From Vicinamibacteria bacterium (lineage in GTDB: Bacteria; Acidobacteriota; Vicinamibacteria; Fen-336): a stretch of 61,048 nucleotides of DNA. A program made the position numbers and the translations under genes. The notes under the pieces were generated by a model. The model made no database searches, was not told the origin of the DNA, and saw only the letters and a list, made by a program, of their open reading frames with translations. Below are positions 53,292 to 61,048 of the stretch, piece by piece. The stretch spans positions 1 through 61,048 of the forward strand of contig JAICEW010000003.1 of the NCBI GenBank assembly GCA_025923995.1, written 5' to 3'. Numbering within the stretch: the first letter of the stretch is position 1; each line of letters opens with the position of its first letter.

Positions 53292-53969
53292 TTACGAGGC
53301 TGTCTCGAGCGTGACCAAAGGATCGAAGGTCTGCTGGCCGTCCCGCATCCACAGCTCGCGGAACGGGACCTCGTAGACCTCGGAGATCATCAGGTCCTTG
53401 TTGAAGGGATGGTCGAAGAGCTGGATGCGGCCCGTCTCCTCCTCGTGCTCGCTCTGGCTGCCTTCCATCACGATGTTGGCCAGGAACGCGCCCTCCTCGT
53501 CCTTCATGAACGACTGGTAGAGGTGGCTCACGGGGTTCCAGGAGTGGTCGGAGATGGTCATCTCCGCGACGGGAGCGCCGCCCACGCCCACGCTGGCCGT
53601 GATGCGGCGGCCCTCGTGCGCGAAGGACATCTGGACGTCCTCCATCCAGTGCGGCAGGTGCCAGCGCTCGATGGCGTGCTCGCGCGCGGCCCTGGTGGTC
53701 GTCCCCACCAGGTAGGGGTAGAACGCGGACTTGGGCAGCCGCTCGCCCGGCTTCACCAGCGGGGCCACGATCACCGACATCACGACCTCGCCGTACGTGC
53801 CGACCATGCTCTCGGTGAAGTCGAACGCGGTCATCGAGAAGATGCTGGTGCCGTGGTGCAGCTCGACCGGCTCCAGGTGCGAGGGCAGGATGCGGCGCGC
53901 GTTTTCGGTCGGAAACTCGAAGAAGCCGCTGATGGCGTGCTTGTAGCCGTAGCGCGTCAGGTCCGACAC
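53292..53969 (-). CDS. Acetoacetate-decarboxylase-fold protein lacking the Schiff-base Lys
   Basis: ARRILPSHLEP, VGTYGEV, AIERWHLPH (ADC pattern GRExWGxPK with K replaced by H). Confidence 0.6.
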   Translation of the reverse strand: MSDLTRYGYKHAISGFFEFPTENARRILPSHLEPVELHHGTSIFSMTAFDFTESMVGTYGEVVMSVIVAPLVKPGERLPKSAFYPYLVGTTTRAAREHAIERWHLPHWMEDVQMSFAHEGRRITASVGVGGAPVAEMTISDHSWNPVSHLYQSFMKDEEGAFLANIVMEGSQSEHEEETGRIQLFDHPFNKDLMISEVYEVPFRELWMRDGQQTFDPLVTLETAS

Positions 53970-55240
53970 ACGCCCTCTTCGCGGAGCACGCCGGCGATCA
54001 CCTGCGCGGCGCGCTCGAGCTGCCCCTCGGTGTGGGCGGCCGACACGGAAACGCGCAGCCGCGACTTGTGCTTGGGCACGGCGGGATACGTCACGGGCTG
54101 CAGGTACAGGCCGCGGTCCTGCACCTTCTCGGCGACCGCGAACACCTTGCTGTCGTTGTTCACCAGCACCGGCATCACCTGGGAGGTGGACTTGCCGATG
54201 TCGACGCCCTCCTCGGCGAAGCGGCGGCGGAGGTAGGCCACGTTGCTCCACAGCTTCGTGCGCAGCTGCGGCTCGTCCTCGACGATCTTCATCCCCGCGA
54301 GCAGGCCGGCCGCGACCGGCGGCGCCAGGTTGCAGGAGAAGAACCGCGAGCGCCCGAACGCGTTCACGTAGTCGATCAGGTCCTTCGAGCCGCAGACGAA
54401 CCCGCCCTGGCCGCCCAGGCTCTTCGAGAACGTGCCCAGGTGGAAGTCCACTTCCTTGTCGAGGCCGAAGTGCTCGGCCACGCCGCGCCCGTTGGGCCCG
54501 AACAGGAAGGTGGAGTGCGCCTCGTCGATCAGGAGGCGCGCGCCATGGCGCTTCGCCACCTCGACGATCTCGGGCAGCACGCAGACGTCGCCGTCCATGG
54601 AGTAGACGCCCTCGACGACGACGAGCTTCTTGCCGCGGACGCCCTTGATCTTGCGCTCCAGGTCGAGCGGGTTGTTGTGGCGGAAGAACACCGTCTTCGA
54701 CTTGGCCAGGATGGCGCCGTCCACGACCGAAGCGTGCGCGTACTGGTCGCAGAAGATGGTGTCGCCCGAGCGCATCAGCGCGGAGATGAAGCCGACGTTC
54801 GCGCTGTACCCGGTCGGGAAGACGATGGCCGCTTCCTTGTCCTTGAAATCCGCCACGGCCTTCGCCAGCTGGTTGTGGACCTCGAGCGTGCCCGAGAGGA
54901 TCGGCGAGCCCGAGGCGCCGAGGCCGTACTGGCGCGTGGCCTCGATGGCCGCCTCCTTGACCTCTTCGCGCGTCGAGATGCCCAGGTAGTTGTAGGACGC
55001 GAGGTTCAACAGGTCCTGGACCTCGCCCGTCTTCCGGTTCCGGACGCGCACCTCGGTGGTGGGCGCGCTCTGCAGCGGCTCGGAGTACAGGTAGTACCCG
55101 GCCGGCAACGCCTCCTTGTACCAGGTACTGAACGGCTTCAGCAGGTTGACCGGGTCGTCCCCGGCGCCGTAGTAGAAGTTGCTGTAGTCGTAGTCCGAGA
55201 AGACGGATCTTTCGGGGTCCTGTTTGGGGGCCGCGCTCAT
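53957..55240 (-). CDS. spt: Serine palmitoyltransferase-like PLP alpha-oxoamine synthase
   Basis: NLASYNYLG, HASVVDG, EGVYSMDGD, DEAHS, GTFSKSLG; lipid-gene context; ATG 55240 preferred over GTG 55327 because of promoter position. Confidence 0.78.
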   Translation of the reverse strand: MSAAPKQDPERSVFSDYDYSNFYYGAGDDPVNLLKPFSTWYKEALPAGYYLYSEPLQSAPTTEVRVRNRKTGEVQDLLNLASYNYLGISTREEVKEAAIEATRQYGLGASGSPILSGTLEVHNQLAKAVADFKDKEAAIVFPTGYSANVGFISALMRSGDTIFCDQYAHASVVDGAILAKSKTVFFRHNNPLDLERKIKGVRGKKLVVVEGVYSMDGDVCVLPEIVEVAKRHGARLLIDEAHSTFLFGPNGRGVAEHFGLDKEVDFHLGTFSKSLGGQGGFVCGSKDLIDYVNAFGRSRFFSCNLAPPVAAGLLAGMKIVEDEPQLRTKLWSNVAYLRRRFAEEGVDIGKSTSQVMPVLVNNDSKVFAVAEKVQDRGLYLQPVTYPAVPKHKSRLRVSVSAAHTEGQLERAAQVIAGVLREEGVCRT

Positions 55241-55330
55241 ATTCCAGTTCTCTCCCGTGGTCCCGACTGCCTCGGTCACCCTCTTGGCAGTGGGCGTGAG
55301 TTCCGAAAGGCGGTCCGGCGTAAACACGGA

Positions 55331-55358
55331 AGTGTAGCAGGGCGCGCCGCGATCTCAA
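55331..55358 (-). promoter_or_regulatory. Sigma70 promoter for the spt operon
   Basis: TTGAGA-N16-TACACT with extended TG. Confidence 0.6.
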
Positions 55359-55384
55359 AGCCCCATTGGTTGGGGCCTTGAGGG

Positions 55385-56173
55385 TCAGTGCCCCTGCGGG
55401 CTGGGCTGGAAGAGCTTCGCGCCGATCCGGCGGACGAGCCAGCCGGGCGTGAGGGGGACGAGCGCCGACAAGACGCGGTTGGAGAGCCCAGGCACCACGC
55501 GCAGGCTGCCGCGCTCGATCCCGCGTATGGACGCGGCCGCGACCGCGGCCGGTGTCATCGATCCCGTGCGGTTGAAGGGCACGCGGTCGGTGCCGGCGAC
55601 TCCCTGGAACTCGGTGGCGGTGAGCCCAGGGCACAGCGCCTGGACGATCACCCCCGTGTCCTTGAGCTCCGTCGCCAGCGCCTCCGTGAGCGAGAGCAGG
55701 AACGCCTTGCTCGCACCGTACACCGCGAGGAACGGGACGGGCTGGAACGCCGACGTGGAGACGACGTTCACCACGACGCCCTGGCGCCTGGCGACCATGT
55801 CCGGAAGGAACAGACGCGTCATCATCATCGCGGCGCGCGCGTTGACGTCCAGGATGTTCTGGATCGCGGCCAGGGGCTCCTGCTCGAAGCGGCCGGTGTG
55901 CCCGAGGCCCGCGTTGTTCACGAGCACGTCGACCGCGAGGCCGCGGGCGCGGACCCCTTCGTACACGCGCTGGGGCCCCTCGGGCGCGGCCAGGTCCGCC
56001 GCCACCACCTGCACGTCCCCGCCCAGCTCGCTCGCCAGGGCGCGCAGGCGCTCCTCGCGGCGCGCGACCAGCACCAGCGCACATCCCCGTGCGTGGAGAG
56101 CCCGCGCGTAGGCCTCGCCGATGCCGCTGCTGGCCCCCGTGACCAGGGCCCGGCGGCCCGCGAGGCGGCTCAC
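55385..56173 (-). CDS. Classical SDR oxidoreductase
   Basis: TGASSGIG, ARR (NADPH preference), NNAG, YGASK; GTGA overlap with the radical SAM gene. Confidence 0.9.
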   Translation of the reverse strand: MSRLAGRRALVTGASSGIGEAYARALHARGCALVLVARREERLRALASELGGDVQVVAADLAAPEGPQRVYEGVRARGLAVDVLVNNAGLGHTGRFEQEPLAAIQNILDVNARAAMMMTRLFLPDMVARRQGVVVNVVSTSAFQPVPFLAVYGASKAFLLSLTEALATELKDTGVIVQALCPGLTATEFQGVAGTDRVPFNRTGSMTPAAVAAASIRGIERGSLRVVPGLSNRVLSALVPLTPGWLVRRIGAKLFQPSPQGH

Positions 56174-57195
56174 CCGGCGAGCACCTCGTCCTTGCGGCCC
56201 GCCGGCGCCGTGCCGACCGGCGCGGCCGCCTGCGCCTTCTGGGGGCTGCGCCAGTTGTCGAACAGCGCGACGCGCTGCGCGCAGTTGACCGTGCAGAAGG
56301 GCGCGCAGCTCTTCGGCGTGTCGTACTCGCGGCGCAGATCGCCCTTGGTGTAGGCCTCGAGCGGGATCCCCGGGCTGCCGCGCATCTGCGAGCAGTAGCT
56401 CACGAGCCCGGACTCGTCGACGTACAGGTAGCGCGAGCCCGCCCGGCAGCTCCAGCTGTTGGACCGCCCCGCCGCCAGGTTGTCCTGGAACCTCGCGTTG
56501 GCGCGCGTGTCGCCGCGGCTGCCGAACTGCTTCAGCCCCTCGTAGACCGCGAGCTCGCGTGCGGAGAGGGGCTTGAGCTGCCCGTGGCCGTCGTGGAGGA
56601 TGCCGACGGAGCTGGTGAAGCCCAGCTCGCGCGCGCGGCGCGCCACCGCCAGCGCGTCCTCGGGGTGGCTGACGCCGGCGCCCACGACCGAGTTGATGTT
56701 GACGCCGAACAGCGCGAGCTCGGCCAGCCACTTGAGCTTGGGCTCCAGCAGGCGGAGGCTCTTGAGCGACACCTCGTCGGGCTCCACGTTGTCCACGCTG
56801 ATCTGCAGGTAGTCCAGCCCGGACCGGTTGAGGCGCTCGATGCGCTCGGGCGAGAGGTGGTAGCCGTTGGTGATGATCGACGAGATCATGCGGCGCTCGC
56901 GCGCGTGGGCGATCATCGCGTCCAGCTCCGGGTGGAGCATCGGCTCCCCGCCGCTGAACGTGATCATGGACGTGCCGAGCGCGGCCAGCAGGTCCAGCCG
57001 GCGCAGGACCAGCGGCAGCGGCACCGGCTTCGACACCGCGTCGTACTCGTTGCAGTAGGTGCAGGACAGGTTGCAGCGGCGGATCGGCACCACGTGCGCC
57101 AGCAGCGGGTGACGCCGATCGAGGAAGGCCCACGCGACCTTGCCCGCGACGCGGGTCAGGCGCGACGCACGGCGCAGCAATCTCCGGTTCGTCAG
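56170..57195 (-). CDS. Radical SAM enzyme with C-terminal Cys-rich (twitch/SPASM-like) domain
   Basis: CNLSCTYC, SGGEP, TNG; CRAG...YCSQ...CAPFCTVNC; probable CTG start 7 nt after GGAGG (TTG 57180 is an alternative). Confidence 0.88.
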   Translation of the reverse strand: MTNRRLLRRASRLTRVAGKVAWAFLDRRHPLLAHVVPIRRCNLSCTYCNEYDAVSKPVPLPLVLRRLDLLAALGTSMITFSGGEPMLHPELDAMIAHARERRMISSIITNGYHLSPERIERLNRSGLDYLQISVDNVEPDEVSLKSLRLLEPKLKWLAELALFGVNINSVVGAGVSHPEDALAVARRARELGFTSSVGILHDGHGQLKPLSARELAVYEGLKQFGSRGDTRANARFQDNLAAGRSNSWSCRAGSRYLYVDESGLVSYCSQMRGSPGIPLEAYTKGDLRREYDTPKSCAPFCTVNCAQRVALFDNWRSPQKAQAAAPVGTAPAGRKDEVLAG

Positions 57196-57359
57196 CTTGG
57201 GTCCTCCACTTCGGGTGAGGTTTCGATGATATAGCACATGCCGCGCGCACGCCGCCGCGTCGCGAGTTCTTGACGCGGCAGACCCGGGGCGGCTATCGTC
57301 CGGCGTTTTGGGACGACGCCGCGGGGCGCGTCGGTCGACCGGAGGCACGAAGGCAGCGC

Positions 57360-57974
57360 ATGGGACTGTTCGCGAAGCTGGTCGAGCGCATCTCGGACAA
57401 CCCGGTGCTGTTCATCCTCTGCCGGCGCATCCTCGAGAACGACTTCAAGGCCATCCGCGCCCTGATCCGCCGCGACCTCAAGGTGCGCGCCGGGCTGCGC
57501 ACGCTCGACCTCGGCTGCGGACCCGGCGCCTTCGCCCACATCTTCGAGGGCGACCCCTACGTCGGCGCCGATCTGAACGCCCGCTACATCGCGCACGCCC
57601 AGCGCAAGTGCCCGGGCACCTTCGTCGTGGGCGACGCGCGGAAGCTCGACCTGCCCGGCCGCTCGTTCGACCAGGTGCTCATCTTCGGGATGCTCCACCA
57701 CCTCTCGGACGACGACGCGCGCGCGGTCCTGGGCGAGGTGGTGCGCCTGCTGGTCCCCGGCGGGCGCCTGCTCGTGATCGAGGACATCCCCGCCGTCTCG
57801 AAGCTCAACCTGATCGGCCACCTGATCCACAACGTCGAGAACGGCGAGCACATCCGGCCGACCGAGGAGTACCGCCGCCTCTACTCTGAGGCCGCGCGGG
57901 TCGAGCGCGAGGAGATCCTGCAGAGCGGGATCTGCGACTACTACGCCGCCGTGCTCGTGACGCCCACCAGCTGA
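57360..57974 (+). CDS. Class I SAM-dependent methyltransferase
   Basis: LDLGCGPG, GDA, SFDQV..LHH, LVPGG; TTGACG-N18-TATCGT upstream (57270-57299). Confidence 0.88.
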   Translation: MGLFAKLVERISDNPVLFILCRRILENDFKAIRALIRRDLKVRAGLRTLDLGCGPGAFAHIFEGDPYVGADLNARYIAHAQRKCPGTFVVGDARKLDLPGRSFDQVLIFGMLHHLSDDDARAVLGEVVRLLVPGGRLLVIEDIPAVSKLNLIGHLIHNVENGEHIRPTEEYRRLYSEAARVEREEILQSGICDYYAAVLVTPTS

Positions 57975-57978
57975 CGCC

Positions 57979-60012
57979 GTGACCGACGCGCCGAACCCGC
58001 CGGCCCGGCCGCTCCGCTCGTGGGCGGGCGCGGTGCTGCTGGTGGCCCTGGCGGCGCTGGCTCTCCCCCTCGCCGCGGCGCGAGTGGCGCGGCCGCTGCT
58101 CATCAACCTGGGGCCGAACGACGTCGACTACACGCACGGCTTCCGTGAGGACTGGGAGCGCGACGGTCGCACCCGCTTCCACTGGACCACGCTGGCCTCG
58201 ACCCTCCGCCTGCCGCTCCGACTGGACGGCGACGGACACGTGCTGCGCATGCGCGTGCGCCGCCATTTCATTGAGCCAGCTCAGGTTACATTGATCGAAT
58301 CCGGCCGCGTGTTCGCGCGGTTCGAGATCGCCGCCGACACCAAGGTTCCCTACCGGACCCTCGAGTTCCCACTCCCACGGCTCGATTCCCGCGGCCCGCT
58401 CGAGATCCAGATCCACTCCGCGTCCGAGAGCGAGCGCCCTCTCGGGCTCGCGATCGACTGGGTCGAGATCGTGCCGGCGTCTCCCTTCGCTCCGCTGCCC
58501 GCGACGCGCCTGGCGCTGCTCGCGTTCGCGCTCGCGGGGGCGCTCGCGGTCTGGGGCGCGGGTGGCGGACTGCGCTTCGGGGCGGCGGTGGGACTCCTGA
58601 GCGCGCTGGCGGGCGCCTGCGGCCTCGCGCTCGACGCGATCGCCACCGAACGTATCCTGCGCGAGGGATGCGTGGCGTACGTCGTCGTCGCCGCCCTCAC
58701 CTGCGGCGTCCTCTCCTGGCCACGCGCGCGCCGCGTGATCTCGGTCGAGCGCGGTCCGTGGTCCGCCGCGCTCGCGACGCTCGTGCTGCTGGCGCTCGCG
58801 GTCCGCCTCGTGGTCGTCCTGCACCCCGGCTTCTACTACCCCGACGTCAAGGTGCACGCGCTCTTCGCCTGGCAGCTCGCGCGCCGGGGGCTCGTCGAGT
58901 TCCTCCGCGACTTCACTGCGAACCAGTACCGCTACAGCCTGGGCCTGCAGTTCGAGTCCGGGCACTGGTACGCCTTCCCCTATCCGCCCGCGTTCTACAT
59001 CCTGACGTGGCCTCTCACCGCCTGGGCCCGCGTCCGTCCCGAGGTAGCGGTGTCGCTCGTCGCCGCCGTCGCGAACAGCCTGGAGGCGCTGGTCGTCTTC
59101 GCCATCGCGCGCCGGCTCCGTCGATCGGTCGCGGTCGCGCTCGCGGCCGCAGCGTGCCTGCCGCTGCTGCCGATCTTCCTCGTGCGCCTCAGCCTCGCGT
59201 ACTTCCCCGCCCTCGTCGGGCACGCGATCGACTCGCTGGTGCTGTTCGTGCTCGTCGCGCGGCTCCGCGAGTTCGCGCGACCCCGCGTGATCGTGGGCTT
59301 CGCGGTGCTGCTCGCGGCCGCGCTGCTCACGTATACGCAGTCGATCCTCAACTTCGCAGTGATACTTCCCCTGTTCCTGCTCGTGGAGCTCGCGACCGAG
59401 CGCCCGTGGAAGCGCATGCTCGGGCTCGCGGGCGCGAGCCTGCTCGGCGTCGTCCTCTCGCTCGCGGTGTTCTACGGCCGCTACGTGCCGATCGCGCTCG
59501 ACATGATGCGCGGCGTGCCGATGCCGGAGGAGCAGGTCCTGATCGAGAAGCAGGAGCGCGAGCGGGCCAGTCGGGCGCCCGTCGAAGAGAACGCGGAGCG
59601 CACGCCCGAGGATCCGTACGCGGGTCCCGGCGTCGATCCCGTGCGCGGGCTGCGCAAGGCGGGATGGCGGATGTGGGTGTTCTACGGACCCTTCGCGCTG
59701 GCCGTCATCGCTGGCCTGGCGCTGCTTGGGCGGACGCTCGAGGGCGCGCTGCTCCGCTTCACGATCACGTGGGCGGCGACCTACGTCGTGCTGAACCTGC
59801 TCTCGGGCGGGCTGCCGGGGCCGAACCTCGTTCGGTACAACAAGGACCACGAGGTGGTGGCGCCACTCTTCTGCGTCGCGATCGCCGTGGTGGGTGCGTG
59901 GCTCTGGAGGCGGTCGCGGTGGCTCGCGATCGCATACGCGGGTGCCTTCGTGGCGTACGCCACGATGCGCGGCTGGTCGGCCTGGATGGCGCGCTTCGTC
60001 CTCGAGCGCTGA
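57979..60012 (+). CDS. Polytopic membrane protein, putative GT-C-fold glycosyltransferase
   Basis: Many TMs, loop YYPDVKVH, FPYPPAFY; family assignment inferred. Confidence 0.55.
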   Translation: MTDAPNPPARPLRSWAGAVLLVALAALALPLAAARVARPLLINLGPNDVDYTHGFREDWERDGRTRFHWTTLASTLRLPLRLDGDGHVLRMRVRRHFIEPAQVTLIESGRVFARFEIAADTKVPYRTLEFPLPRLDSRGPLEIQIHSASESERPLGLAIDWVEIVPASPFAPLPATRLALLAFALAGALAVWGAGGGLRFGAAVGLLSALAGACGLALDAIATERILREGCVAYVVVAALTCGVLSWPRARRVISVERGPWSAALATLVLLALAVRLVVVLHPGFYYPDVKVHALFAWQLARRGLVEFLRDFTANQYRYSLGLQFESGHWYAFPYPPAFYILTWPLTAWARVRPEVAVSLVAAVANSLEALVVFAIARRLRRSVAVALAAAACLPLLPIFLVRLSLAYFPALVGHAIDSLVLFVLVARLREFARPRVIVGFAVLLAAALLTYTQSILNFAVILPLFLLVELATERPWKRMLGLAGASLLGVVLSLAVFYGRYVPIALDMMRGVPMPEEQVLIEKQERERASRAPVEENAERTPEDPYAGPGVDPVRGLRKAGWRMWVFYGPFALAVIAGLALLGRTLEGALLRFTITWAATYVVLNLLSGGLPGPNLVRYNKDHEVVAPLFCVAIAVVGAWLWRRSRWLAIAYAGAFVAYATMRGWSAWMARFVLER

Positions 60013-60026
60013 AGCGCGCGAGGCCG

Positions 60027-60861
<835 letters not shown>

Positions 60862-60869
<8 letters not shown>

Positions 60870-61048
60870 GCTCGATCACCTCCTCGCAGAGCCGGTAGTA
60901 CTCGTAGGCGCCCGTGGACTGCGGCGCGAAGGTGAAGATCGACTCCTTGTGTGCGGGGCTCTCCTCCAGGCGGATGCTCTTGCTGATCATGGTCTGGAAG
61001 ACGCGGTCCCCGAAGACCTCGGCGATGGCCTTCTGCACGTCACGCGAC
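60862..61048 (-). CDS. parA: ParA/Soj ATPase, C-terminal fragment (5' end beyond the window)
   Basis: Manual translation SRDVQKAIAEVFGDRVFQTMISKSIRLEESPAHKESIFTFAPQSTGAYEYYRLCEEVIERV*. Confidence 0.88.

Noticed and set aside
53957-55240. BioF or Kbl assignment for the PLP enzyme
   Set aside because: The GTFSKS and ASYNYLG motifs and the lipid-gene context favour Spt; no bio or tdh genes nearby
56170-57195. HpnH (hopanoid) or tetraether/membrane-spanning lipid synthase call for the radical SAM
   Set aside because: No hopanoid genes in the window and I cannot verify subfamily-specific motifs by eye

Overview
A very GC-rich, gene-dense bacterial chromosomal segment. The gene content (ECF sigma/anti-sigma/secreted-protein trio, two eukaryote-like Ser/Thr kinases, PQQ-like propellers, this type of ParAB) looks like Acidobacteriota (Vicinamibacteria-like), which is an inference. 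I saw no rRNA, tRNA, CRISPR or mobile element. Most of the ~57 genes are housekeeping or damage-control genes: a deglycation kinase/phosphatase pair, three Msr, Mug and Tag glycosylases, clpS-clpA-aat plus a Bpt/Ate1 transferase, hemH and parAB. Two loci stand out. (1) 49878-57195 is a co-oriented 8-gene lipid cluster: radical SAM, SDR, serine palmitoyltransferase-like enzyme, ADC-fold protein lacking the catalytic Lys, DAG/ceramide kinase, PlsC-type acyltransferase, Tam41-like cytidylyltransferase and a PIP-synthase-like CDP-alcohol phosphotransferase. It reads as an alternative phosphosphingolipid pathway with no recognisable bCerS/CerR in the window. (2) 2921-8204 is a translationally coupled 5-gene non-canonical Hsp70 operon: two unknown proteins, GrpE-like, divergent Hsp70 and a Zn-ribbon-TM-LysM protein. 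Other points of interest are a btpA-pfkB-psuG operon, many apparently leaderless genes, several probable ACG/CTG start codons, a shared TetR operator and twin ECF-type promoters between msrA and msrB. All calls come from reading motifs by eye; no database searches were run.
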